DNA from: Eubacteriales bacterium
GTDB lineage: Bacteria; Bacillota; Clostridia; Oscillospirales; CAG-272
Assembly (NCBI GenBank): GCA_045123255.1
Contig: JBGVIN010000104.1
Location: 27,113 to 91,112 of the forward strand
DNA length: 64,000 nucleotides
Direction of reading: 5' to 3'
Positions 54,544 through 64,000 of this stretch are shown one piece after another (the first letter of the stretch is position 1; the number at the start of each line of letters is the position of its first letter). The translations under genes and the position numbers were made by a program. The notes under the pieces were generated by a model. The model had not been told where the DNA came from. It did not search any database and worked only from the letters and a program-made list of their open reading frames with translations.

Positions 54544-54786
54544 TATGCAACCTCGCGGTTGATGATATACAACCTTGCGGTTGATGATATGCACACATTC
54601 GTGTGGTGATATACAATGCGATGCATTGATGATATACACGCTAAACCGTGATGATATGCAACCTTGCGGTTGATGATATGCAACCTTGCGGTTGATGATA
54701 TGCAACCTTGCGGTTGATGATATGCAACCTCTCGGTTGATGATATGCAACCTTGCGGTTGGTGATATACAACCTTGCGGTTGATTT
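54544..54786 (+). repeat. 11-unit tandem array (period 22-23 nt) of TGATGATAT-linked hairpins
   Basis: Units start at 54544, 54566, 54588, 54610, 54633, 54655, 54677, 54699, 54721, 54743 and 54765. Stems are CAACC/GGTTG (8 units), CACAC/GTGTG, CAATGC/GCATTG and CACG/CGTG. Confidence 0.9.
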
Positions 54787-55092
54787 TATTCACGGCGCAA
54801 AGCGCCAATCTAAATTGTAAATTTTTTTTGAAATCCGTGTGTCGAAAAAATAATTTTTCCGTAGCTTTTTGGCAAATAAAAAAGCCCGAAACCCCTTTAT
54901 CTGTTTAGCGTTTTAACACTTTTTCTCTTTATCACGGTGAAACGGTTTTCTTCGTTTTTTATTTGAATTTTCTTATTTATTATATATAATCTATATTTTT
55001 TGCTTGCATTTTTAATTGTATTGTGCTAAAATACTACCGTATATATTTTTTATTATATATTATCACGCAATAATAAAGAAAGGCAAAAAACA

Positions 55093-58000
55093 ATGAAAAG
55101 AAAGAATTTAGCAAGAATAGCAGTCTTGGTAGTATCTGTGATACTGTTGCTCTCGACCGCGCTTTCCCTGACCTCCTGCACCATAGCAAATGCAGCTGAT
55201 GCAGTTGACACTCAAACGTTTGAGGGATTATTTAGAGAGCTTTCCGACGTAATTATTGACAAGACTCAGTACTACTCAGGCACGTCTATTCAAAAGCTCC
55301 CCTCCACAGTTAAGGACAGTGACGAAATTTCCGTTATTGTTCAGCTTAACACAAAAACGCTCCTTGACGCGTATAACGAAAAGGATAGGGAAATTTCCTT
55401 TGCGGAATTTATTTTGACTGACGAGGCAGCCGATATTGAGGCGGGCATGAATCAAGCAAAGAAGGAAATTACCGCTAAGCTTGACAAAAAGGGCATAAGC
55501 TACGAATTGGGTGCTGATTATTCAGTGCTTCTTTCAGGCTTTGAAATCGTTATCAACGCGCGCGATTTCGAGACGAGCGCAAAATCCCTCCCAAGCTACG
55601 CAACCGCACTTGTAAGCGAGGTGTATAACGTCAGCGACGCTAAGCCTGTTGAAAATATCGTCAACGTTCACGAATCAACGGGTATTTTTAATAGCAAGGG
55701 CTACGCTTATGACGGCTCGGGAATGGTTGTTGCAGTTCTTGACACAGGTCTTGACTACACACACTCCGCGTTTTCTATGAAAAAATTCACGTCTACCAAG
55801 CTCGGTCTTACAAGAGATATGGTTGCAGCCTGCCTTGCAAGAACAAAGGCAACGACAATGGTTAACGGCTTAACGGTTAACGACGTTTACTTAAACGATA
55901 AGGTTCCTTTCTCGTTCGACTATGCAGACAGAGATGCAGACGTTTATTCATTACATAACAACCACGGTACACACGTTTCGGGTGTAATCGTTGGTAACGA
56001 CGATACGATTACGGGCGTTGCACCAAACGCGCAGCTCGTTTCAATGAAGATTTTCTCCGATGTTCAGGATTCTGCAAAGGCATCTTGGATTCTTGACGCA
56101 CTTGAGGATTGCGTGGTTCTCAACGTTGACGTTATCAATATGTCACTCGGTACAGCCTGTGGCTTTAGCCGCGAGTCAGACAGAGAAATGATGAGCGGTG
56201 TTTACGATAGCATTCGTGAACAGGGCATTAGTATGATAGTTGCCGCATCAAACAGCTTCTCCTCGGCATACGGCTCAGAGAAGAACGGTAACTTGGGTCT
56301 TACCTCAAATCCCGATACCTCGACGGTAGGCTCACCTTCAACCTATGAGGGTGCTATGTCCGTTGCTTCAATAAACGGTGTTAAGACTCCGTATATGCTC
56401 CATAACGGCAAAATCATTTACTTTATAGAATCAAATAATGCGGGCGCTGAGGAAAGAGATTTCGTTGAGGATTTGCTTCCTGATGGCGTTGACGAAAAGA
56501 AATACGAGTTCGTTCTTATCCCGGGTGCGGGACGTGATGCCGACTATACGGGTATGGACGTAACAGGTAAGATAGTTCTCGTTGAGCGTGGCTCAAATAC
56601 GTTCGAGGAAAAAGCTAACGTAGCACAAAAGAAGGGCGCTGCGGGTATCATCATTTTCAATAACGTATCAGGTGATATCAAAATGAACGTTGGTCTTACA
56701 ACCGTTGCGGTTTGCTCAATTTCGCAAAACGACGGTAAGGAGCTTGCAGCCGCAGGTAAGGGCGAAATCACCATTAGCCGCTTACAAAAGGCAGGTCCGT
56801 TTATGTCCGACTTCTCCTCGTGGGGACCTTCACCGACACTCGGCATTAAGCCTGAAATCACCGCACACGGCGGTAACATTCTTTCTGCAATAACAGGTGG
56901 CGGCTACGACCGTCTTTCGGGTACGTCAATGGCGTGTCCAAACCTTGCAGGCTTTACAATCCTTTTGCGTCAATACGTGGAAACCAACTATGATAAGCTT
57001 ATTGGCGACGGCGAAACAAACGAATATAAGCGTAGCGTAAATATCAACGCTATGGTTAACCGCTTGATGATGTCAACCGCTGACATCGTGCTTAACAAAA
57101 ACGGCTTGCCATATGCGGTAAGAAAGCAGGGCGCAGGTCTTGCAAACCTTATTGCGGCAACTGAAACAGAGGCGTACATCCAAACCTATAAGAAGGATGG
57201 CACCGCTATGGACAAGACCAAGCTTGAGCTTGGCGACGATGTAAAGAAAACAGGCGTATATACACTTAACTTCGACGTTGTAAACTTTGGCACAAGCGAG
57301 CTTTCATACGTTCTTGATGCATCGGTTATGACTGAGGGCGTGAGCGACGTTTTGACACACCAGGGTGAAACAACCGTTACTGAGGAGGGCTACCTTCTTG
57401 AGGGTGCAACCGTTGAATTTACAGTTTCAGGCGGTGGCAAAAGGGTTGGCGATGAGGTTAGAGTTAATGCAGGCTCAACCGCTAAGGTTACAGTTACAAT
57501 AAAGCTTACCGATGAAAACAAGGCTTACCTTGATAAATCCTTTGAAAACGGTATGTACATCGAGGGCTTCGTTTCTCTTTACAGCCAAAACGAAAACGGC
57601 ATAGACTTAAACGTTCCGTACCTCGCATTCTATGGCAACTGGGCACAGGCTCCGCTCTTCGATATGGATTATTTCGAAACAAACCGCGACGAGCTTGACG
57701 ATACAATCCCAACGCTTGATAAAACACTTCCCGATGCATATGCGACACGTCCTATCGGCGGCATTGAGGAGGACTACGTTAGCTATCTCGGCTCGTACTA
57801 CTTCTTGCAAAATCCAAGCGACAGAATTATCGCGGCAGACCGTGATTACATCGCACTTTCAAATATGAACGGCACAATCCACTCCATAAGATTTATCTGG
57901 ATGGGTATGCTCCGTAATGCAAGCGAAATTAAGGTTACCATCACCGACTCGACAACGGGTGAGGTGGTTTACGAAACGGTTGAAAAGCTCGTTCGTAAGT

Positions 58001-61000
58001 CCTACGGTGACGGTGGCTCATACCTATACCCCGCAAACGTTGACGTTGAATTCGACGTTGGCGAGCATAACCTCAAAAACAACACGGAATATTACGTTAA
58101 GTGCGAGGGCTTGCTCGACTATGAAAACGACGGCAAGGAAGATAATCTAAATAACACCTTCGAGTTCCCATTCGTTACCGACTTTGAAGCGCCAACCTTG
58201 ACAGGCTGCGAATTCTATACAGAGTACGATAAGGAGCTTGAGCGCGACCGTCTTTATGTCAGAATGGCGGTTTACGATAACCACTACTCAATGTCTGCAC
58301 AGCTTGGCTACGTTGATAAGGCAAGCTACGAGTTCATTTCATTCAGCCAATATATGACACCTATTTACTCAGTGAAAAACGGTGTTTCATACGTTGAATA
58401 CGAGCTTACAGACCATATTTACGCAATTAAGAACAACGCGGCAAATCCGAATTCGATAGTTTGTGCAACGTATGACTACGCGCTTAACGACGCAACCTAC
58501 GAAATTGATTTACCGGATGCATATCAGGACTTCTATTTTGAGGAAAAAACAGTTACCCTCAGTCCTAATGAGCTTTATAACATCAAGCCACTTATCCGTC
58601 CCGGCACGGAGTGGGGCGAGCTTCTTACATACTTCTCAACAAACCAAAAGGTTGTAAGAGTTGTAAACAACAAATTAGTTGCAGTTGCTCCGGGTAAGGC
58701 ACTTATCTGGGCGCAAGACCCCGAAACAGGTAAGCAAACGTCATTTGCCGTTACGGTTCTTTCAGAAAATGACGAGGGCTTTGAATATTTCGATAAGCCT
58801 GTTGCAGATAGCTTTGTTTTGACAGGCTACGATACAATAAGAGCTTACTATATGGTAGATAGCTCAGACCGCGACATCGGCGCAGACGGCGATAAGCGCG
58901 TATTCTCAAACGGCAACTACTTCCTTTCAATGTATCCGTCTGAGTCCGTTCAGCTCAAATATAAGCTCGATGCTTATTTCAGCGGCACAACGGTTGAATT
59001 TGAAACAAGCGACGACAGTATTGTAAAAATCGACCAAAACGGCGTTATCGTCGCAGAGGCAGAGGGCTTCTCCTCAGTTACGGTAAGAGTATTGCTCGAC
59101 GGAAAGAGCACGTACTATTCACAAACCGTTTCAATCGAGGTTAAGGACCCATTCGTTACACAGTCACCAAACCTTACACACTACTACGGTAAGGGCGGAA
59201 TTGTTGAAATTCCCGAGGAGCTTTTGCTCGTTGAAATTGCACAGTTTGCATTCTCAAACAGCCAATATATTCCTAAGGAGTCCTGGGAGCTTGACCCTGA
59301 GGACCCAAGCACATCAAAGATTTGGTATATCGGTGACAACACGATAACTAAGGTAATAATTCCTGAGGGTGTTAAGAAGATTAACGCATATGCGTTTGCA
59401 AATCTTACAGCCCTTGAAACAGTAGTTCTTCCTTCAACACTTGAAGCAATTGAGTACGGCGCGTTCTACGGCTGCTCAAAGCTTTCGAAGGTAGAGGGAC
59501 TTGAATACGTTCAGCTCATCAATAAGGAAGCGTTCGACGGATGTAACCTTAAGGGCACAATCTCACTTGACAATGCTTGTGCAATAGGCGACTACGCATT
59601 TGCAAACAACGGTCAGTGGGTTGATACAAACGGTGACGGAACTCCCGACACCAAAAACTCATTCCTTGAAGAAATCATTCTTCCAAAGAAGCTTCAGTCA
59701 ATCGGTGCATATGCATTCTACGGCAATAGCGCACTTAAAACAGTAACGGTTAACGCCGAAAAGGTTAAGTACGGTCCGTACGTATTCTCAGGCTGCCGTT
59801 CACTTGAGAGCGTTTCAATCAACGCAGACGTTATTCCTGAGGGCGCATTCTACGGCTGCTCCAAGCTTAATACCGTTACAATAGGCAAGGACGTTAACAC
59901 AATAGGCGCGGTTGCATTTGCAAAAACATCTATTTCAGAAATCAATATTGACAGCGCAAATAAATCTTATAAGCTTTCAAGCGATAAAAATTACGTTCTT
60001 TCAAGCGACGGCAAAACGCTTGCAATGGTTCTGCCAACCGTATCAGGCACGTTTACCTTGAACGATCCTAACGTAACTACGATAGGCACGGGCGCATTTG
60101 CATATACCTCAAAGATTACAGAGGTTAATATCCCAAGCGTAACAATAGTTGAGGACAACGCATTTGAAAGCTGTACGTCACTTAAAAAGGTAACTCTCGG
60201 CAACCTTGAAAAAATCGGCAAGTACGCATTCTTCAAGACGTCGATAAATGAATTACCTACATTAAATAATATAAAAGAAATCGGCGCGTACGCATTTGCA
60301 TACACCGACCTTGTCGAGGTTGAAATTCCTGCGGGCATGAAGGTTGGCGAGGGTGCATTCTGCGAGTGCAAGTATCTTGAAACAGTCGTTATCGGAAACG
60401 GCGTAGAGCTCGGCATGGGCGCATTTATGCTCTCAAGAGGCGAGAATAGTGAGCTTGTTCGTGACGAAACCGTAACAGATAAGAAGATATACTACTACAA
60501 GTACACATCAAGCTTGACAAGCCTTGAAATCGGCAACGACGTTAAAGTTGGCGAAAGCGCATTTATGGGCGCGGCTATGCTTGAAAGGGTTACAATGGGT
60601 ACGTCAATTACCCTTGGTGACCAAGCATTCTACAGCGCTTGCAGCTTGAAGGAAATTGACCTCTCAGGCGTTATCTCAATAGGTAAGGGCGCATTCGGCG
60701 GTGATATTCTTTATACCTACACCGACGCAAACGGAAACTCTGTGCTCGTTGAGGACAACTACTACGTTTACCGCTACTACACACCTAAGCTTGAAAAGGT
60801 TGACCTTTCATCACTTGAATACCTTGGCAAAGAAGCATTTATCAACTGCTTTGAGCTTAAGGAGGTTGTACTTGGCGAGAAGCTTAAGGAAATTTCAGAC
60901 CATGCGTTTGAAAACTGCACAGGCTTGACACTTATTAACCTTGAAAACGTAGAGGTTATCGGTATTCAAGCATTTGCGGAAACGTCACTCATTTCAGCTA

Positions 61001-62448
61001 ACCTTAGCGATGCAATCTACGTTGACAATTACGCATTTGTAAACAACCACAATCTCATTATGGTTATCTTAAATACCGAGGGCACCGACATCGGAGAGGG
61101 CGCATTTGCTTACTGCGAGGGACTTGGTAAGGTAGAAAACCTTGAATTTACAGAAAAAATCAAATCATACGCATTTGCATACTCGGGCATTAACAAGGCT
61201 AACCTTGCAGGCGCACAAGAAATCGGCGACTTTGCCTTTATGAAGGAAAACGTAACCGAATTTGAGGTAACACTCGGCGAAAATCTCACCGTCCTTGGCG
61301 ATAACCCGTTTGCAATGTGCAAGCTCGCTCCGTTCTCAACCGAGGTAACTGAGGAGTTTAACGGAATAGCCTACACAAAAACAGTATACACCTTCGATAT
61401 CAGCGAAGCAGTTAAGGTTATAGACGGCTCACTCTATGCAGTTGTGCCAAATGGCTATGAGCTTATTACGTTCTGCAATATGAACGAGAAAATGGTTAGC
61501 GTTGCAGAGGGTACTGTAAGAATTACCGCTATGGCATTTGCAGGCAACGACGTTGTTAGAGTTACTCTCCCACATTCACTCGACGCGATAGGACACAAGG
61601 CGTTCTACGAATGTAAGAAGCTTGTAACGGTTGTATTCAAGAGCTATGAAGCACCTATTTTAGAGGAAGAATTCGACACGGCTTACTACGAGTCGTTTGA
61701 AAACCTTCCCGCAACGGGCGAATATGAGTTTACCGACTACGAGGGCAACGTTATTAAGCACTCAGGTCTTGGAATTGTTCCTTTCTATATGTGGAACGTT
61801 TCAGACGGTAAATATTCAAACGCTTACTACGGTGCAAACTTTGTAAACCGCATAGGCCACGGCAACCCCGAGCTTATTATGGTTAGACCTTCAAACGGTC
61901 AGTATTACGAAACCTTTATTTATTCACAATATTTCACAATGATTATCGACGGCGCAGTTGCAATGGACGATATCACCCTTGAAGCAATTGAAAAGATTAG
62001 CTCACTTCCCGAAAAGGTTCAGCTTACTCACGAAGCACTTGTTATCGCGGCAAGAGAGGCTTATAACAGAATTGCAACGAAGGAGCAACAGGCGCTTGTT
62101 ACCAACTACTCCTCACTCGTTTCAGCAGAGAACAGAATTTTGGCATTAAAGAGCCAGAATATGACACCCGAAACACCAAACGAGCCTGATGACAATACTC
62201 CTGACGGCGACACTGACGTTAAGGATAAGTCAAACAGAGGCTACGTGGTAGCTATTGTAATTCTTTCAATTACAACAGTTGTTAATCTTCTGGCATTCTG
62301 CGTGGCAGTTGCGTTCATCGCCTTCATTCTCGTTAAGAGATTTGTCGGAGGCAGCTCGGAGAAAATTGCTGAGCCAAAGGATGCGCCGACAAGCGATGAA
62401 GCAGAAGATATCAAAGAGAATACGGCAGACACCGAGGAAAATAAATAA
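55093..62448 (+). CDS. giant cell-surface subtilisin-like (S8) serine protease with PA domain, Ig-like (Big_2-type) domains, a long BspA-type leucine-rich-repeat region and a C-terminal TM anchor
   Basis: Catalytic D (VAVLDTGLD), H (HGTHVSG) and S (SGTSMACP). PA insert GKIVLVERGSNTFEEK. More than 20 LRR units of the type I..IG..AF..C..L..V.IP. Signal peptide with LTSC. C-terminal hydrophobic helix plus a charged tail. Confidence 0.85.
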   Translation: MKRKNLARIAVLVVSVILLLSTALSLTSCTIANAADAVDTQTFEGLFRELSDVIIDKTQYYSGTSIQKLPSTVKDSDEISVIVQLNTKTLLDAYNEKDREISFAEFILTDEAADIEAGMNQAKKEITAKLDKKGISYELGADYSVLLSGFEIVINARDFETSAKSLPSYATALVSEVYNVSDAKPVENIVNVHESTGIFNSKGYAYDGSGMVVAVLDTGLDYTHSAFSMKKFTSTKLGLTRDMVAACLARTKATTMVNGLTVNDVYLNDKVPFSFDYADRDADVYSLHNNHGTHVSGVIVGNDDTITGVAPNAQLVSMKIFSDVQDSAKASWILDALEDCVVLNVDVINMSLGTACGFSRESDREMMSGVYDSIREQGISMIVAASNSFSSAYGSEKNGNLGLTSNPDTSTVGSPSTYEGAMSVASINGVKTPYMLHNGKIIYFIESNNAGAEERDFVEDLLPDGVDEKKYEFVLIPGAGRDADYTGMDVTGKIVLVERGSNTFEEKANVAQKKGAAGIIIFNNVSGDIKMNVGLTTVAVCSISQNDGKELAAAGKGEITISRLQKAGPFMSDFSSWGPSPTLGIKPEITAHGGNILSAITGGGYDRLSGTSMACPNLAGFTILLRQYVETNYDKLIGDGETNEYKRSVNINAMVNRLMMSTADIVLNKNGLPYAVRKQGAGLANLIAATETEAYIQTYKKDGTAMDKTKLELGDDVKKTGVYTLNFDVVNFGTSELSYVLDASVMTEGVSDVLTHQGETTVTEEGYLLEGATVEFTVSGGGKRVGDEVRVNAGSTAKVTVTIKLTDENKAYLDKSFENGMYIEGFVSLYSQNENGIDLNVPYLAFYGNWAQAPLFDMDYFETNRDELDDTIPTLDKTLPDAYATRPIGGIEEDYVSYLGSYYFLQNPSDRIIAADRDYIALSNMNGTIHSIRFIWMGMLRNASEIKVTITDSTTGEVVYETVEKLVRKSYGDGGSYLYPANVDVEFDVGEHNLKNNTEYYVKCEGLLDYENDGKEDNLNNTFEFPFVTDFEAPTLTGCEFYTEYDKELERDRLYVRMAVYDNHYSMSAQLGYVDKASYEFISFSQYMTPIYSVKNGVSYVEYELTDHIYAIKNNAANPNSIVCATYDYALNDATYEIDLPDAYQDFYFEEKTVTLSPNELYNIKPLIRPGTEWGELLTYFSTNQKVVRVVNNKLVAVAPGKALIWAQDPETGKQTSFAVTVLSENDEGFEYFDKPVADSFVLTGYDTIRAYYMVDSSDRDIGADGDKRVFSNGNYFLSMYPSESVQLKYKLDAYFSGTTVEFETSDDSIVKIDQNGVIVAEAEGFSSVTVRVLLDGKSTYYSQTVSIEVKDPFVTQSPNLTHYYGKGGIVEIPEELLLVEIAQFAFSNSQYIPKESWELDPEDPSTSKIWYIGDNTITKVIIPEGVKKINAYAFANLTALETVVLPSTLEAIEYGAFYGCSKLSKVEGLEYVQLINKEAFDGCNLKGTISLDNACAIGDYAFANNGQWVDTNGDGTPDTKNSFLEEIILPKKLQSIGAYAFYGNSALKTVTVNAEKVKYGPYVFSGCRSLESVSINADVIPEGAFYGCSKLNTVTIGKDVNTIGAVAFAKTSISEINIDSANKSYKLSSDKNYVLSSDGKTLAMVLPTVSGTFTLNDPNVTTIGTGAFAYTSKITEVNIPSVTIVEDNAFESCTSLKKVTLGNLEKIGKYAFFKTSINELPTLNNIKEIGAYAFAYTDLVEVEIPAGMKVGEGAFCECKYLETVVIGNGVELGMGAFMLSRGENSELVRDETVTDKKIYYYKYTSSLTSLEIGNDVKVGESAFMGAAMLERVTMGTSITLGDQAFYSACSLKEIDLSGVISIGKGAFGGDILYTYTDANGNSVLVEDNYYVYRYYTPKLEKVDLSSLEYLGKEAFINCFELKEVVLGEKLKEISDHAFENCTGLTLINLENVEVIGIQAFAETSLISANLSDAIYVDNYAFVNNHNLIMVILNTEGTDIGEGAFAYCEGLGKVENLEFTEKIKSYAFAYSGINKANLAGAQEIGDFAFMKENVTEFEVTLGENLTVLGDNPFAMCKLAPFSTEVTEEFNGIAYTKTVYTFDISEAVKVIDGSLYAVVPNGYELITFCNMNEKMVSVAEGTVRITAMAFAGNDVVRVTLPHSLDAIGHKAFYECKKLVTVVFKSYEAPILEEEFDTAYYESFENLPATGEYEFTDYEGNVIKHSGLGIVPFYMWNVSDGKYSNAYYGANFVNRIGHGNPELIMVRPSNGQYYETFIYSQYFTMIIDGAVAMDDITLEAIEKISSLPEKVQLTHEALVIAAREAYNRIATKEQQALVTNYSSLVSAENRILALKSQNMTPETPNEPDDNTPDGDTDVKDKSNRGYVVAIVILSITTVVNLLAFCVAVAFIAFILVKRFVGGSSEKIAEPKDAPTSDEAEDIKENTADTEENK

Positions 62449-62518
62449 GGACAGTAATTAAATGCTAACGTCAAAGCGCCCACGTGGCGCTTGGCGTGGC
62501 TAAGAAAAAGAGGAAACA

Positions 62519-63967
62519 ATGAACAAGAAAATTAAGATTTTAATGGTTACTTGTCTTGTCCTTCTTGTATGCGCGATATTTGCTTCGTGCTCAGGCAATA
62601 CATACGATGAGTACGACAAGGCGGGCTACAATATAACGGTAAAATACGATGCAAACGGAAGCTATTTCGGAAACGCAGGTCAGCTTTACGTTACCGACAC
62701 GTACAGTCAGGAAAGCTTAAAGGTAAACGAGGACGGCAAGCTTGAATTGCCGCTTGTAAACCCCGAGGACGACGTACGCGGTAAGGAAAACGCACCTGAG
62801 GTTGCGCGCTCCGCTATGCCTGGCTACTCATTTGCAGGCTGGTACTCAAAAAGAGAAGCCTTGAAGGATGCAAGCGGAAATATCGTTAAGGACGACAAGG
62901 GCAACACGGTTTATACCTACGGCGGTAAATGGAATTTCGACGGCAATTACCTCCTTGACGTAAAGGATTATTCGGCGAGTGAGCCTGCAATTACCTTCTA
63001 CGCCGCTTGGGTTAGAAATCCGTCAGTTGAAATTTACGACGGCGAAAATCTTGTTGCAACGTACGAGATTAAAAACCCAATGCTCGGCAAAAACAGCATC
63101 ATCTCAGCACCGTATCTCGACCTAAAGAAGGGCGAATATAACTTCGGCACCTTGAAGGATGCACTTGTGGTAGGCACAAACACAAAATATTCTTGGAATG
63201 AAAGATTTGTTACGTACGAAAACGGAGCGGTTACAAGCTTCTTTGACGGTCTTTACCTTGACAGTGCGTGCCAAAGCCCAATCTCGGCTGAGCAAAGACA
63301 TACCTACACTTACGACGAAGCAACTGCAACCATCGGCAACCTCACAATGAAGCTCTATATTAACTATGAGCAAAAGGACGGCGAATGGTACAGAGTTTAT
63401 TCTGCAAAGCAATTCGTTAATAATGCAAAAGCAGACGGCAATTACGAAATTATGGCTGATATTGAGTTTGACGAGCTTACCGCTTGGCCAAACATATTCA
63501 AAAACAACGATTTCAGTGGCACAATTTCAGGCGGTGGCTTCAAAATTTCGGGCATCGTGCTTGAAAGCTCATCATCAAAAACCTTCGGTATGTTCAAATC
63601 ACTTACCAAGGATGCAAAAATCGAAAACGTTGTGTTTGACGGCGTTAGCGCATTGATTGAAAGAGCAGACAGAACCCCGGGTGCAAGATACGCGCTTGTT
63701 GCCGCTTCAATTGAAGAGGGCTTTGCATTTGAAAACGTTGAATTTACGGATGCTGTTTTGAAAATTTCAGCCTCATCCCCAATTCAATATTCACCCGAAT
63801 ATGAAATCGGTCTTGTATGTGCAGACGGCTATACAGACAACCTCGGCATTTCCCTTGACGGCTTTAGCTACGAGGTTGTAACAAGTGAGCTTGATACGTC
63901 AATACTCACTATTACTCAAAACGGCAATAGCTTGGAGCTACTCTTTGAAGCTAAGCCGCAGGAATAA
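62519..63967 (+). CDS. surface lipoprotein with Listeria/Bacteroides-type repeat (GYSFAGWY)
   Basis: Lipobox FASC. The PGYSFAGWY motif is typical of the Flg_new/InlB B-repeat family. Confidence 0.55.
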   Translation: MNKKIKILMVTCLVLLVCAIFASCSGNTYDEYDKAGYNITVKYDANGSYFGNAGQLYVTDTYSQESLKVNEDGKLELPLVNPEDDVRGKENAPEVARSAMPGYSFAGWYSKREALKDASGNIVKDDKGNTVYTYGGKWNFDGNYLLDVKDYSASEPAITFYAAWVRNPSVEIYDGENLVATYEIKNPMLGKNSIISAPYLDLKKGEYNFGTLKDALVVGTNTKYSWNERFVTYENGAVTSFFDGLYLDSACQSPISAEQRHTYTYDEATATIGNLTMKLYINYEQKDGEWYRVYSAKQFVNNAKADGNYEIMADIEFDELTAWPNIFKNNDFSGTISGGGFKISGIVLESSSSKTFGMFKSLTKDAKIENVVFDGVSALIERADRTPGARYALVAASIEEGFAFENVEFTDAVLKISASSPIQYSPEYEIGLVCADGYTDNLGISLDGFSYEVVTSELDTSILTITQNGNSLELLFEAKPQE

Positions 63968-64000
63968 TTCGCTTATTAAAATTTCATACATATAAAAGGA

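Noticed and set aside
54322-54771. Track ORFs of 149 aa and 68 aa on the minus strand with repetitive sequence (…INRKVAYHQPRGCISSTARLHI…).
   Set aside because: The periodic amino-acid pattern is simply the translation of the 22-nt tandem repeat. There is no RBS, the remainder is low-complexity, and the same repeat at 35.3 kb is not in an ORF. Treated as non-coding.
54544-54786. Possible CRISPR array, because of regularly spaced palindromic repeats.
   Set aside because: The period is only 22-23 nt, and there are no unique spacers of 25-40 nt. The variable part is itself a palindrome. No cas genes or leader are present in the window.

Overview
Chromosomal segment that looks like a Clostridia (Oscillospiraceae/Ruminococcaceae-like) genome. 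Supporting signs are GGAGG-type ribosome binding sites, an IspH-S1 fusion gene, and TGA, TAA and TAG all used as stops. Most of the window is housekeeping or carbohydrate metabolism: cmk-plsC-ispH/rpsA, a DinG/XPD-like helicase, asnS, an aminotransferase, a GltS-like symporter, GH35/GH43/GH78-like/clan GH-A hydrolases, SGNH and alpha/beta esterases, a flavodiiron protein, and trxB-nrdD-nrdG. There are three tRNA genes (Trp; Leu and initiator Met). The accessory content is: (1) a visibly AT-rich island of about 4.1 kb (20.2-24.3 kb) encoding a C-protein-controlled restriction-modification system with two methyltransferases and two unrelated nucleases; this is my best candidate for an undescribed or atypical defence system. 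(2) A 20-kb cell-surface cluster (42.8-64 kb) with four lipoproteins, a membrane polyferredoxin fused to an extracytoplasmic thioredoxin, and a 2451-aa S8 protease/LRR protein. (3) Several families of intergenic repeats, including two arrays with a 22-nt period made of hairpins whose stems co-vary. (4) Duplicated att-like sequences next to the tRNA genes. (5) Two genes interrupted by in-frame stop codons. No integrase, transposase, cas gene, CRISPR array or rRNA was seen. All functional calls come from motif recognition by eye, not from database searches.
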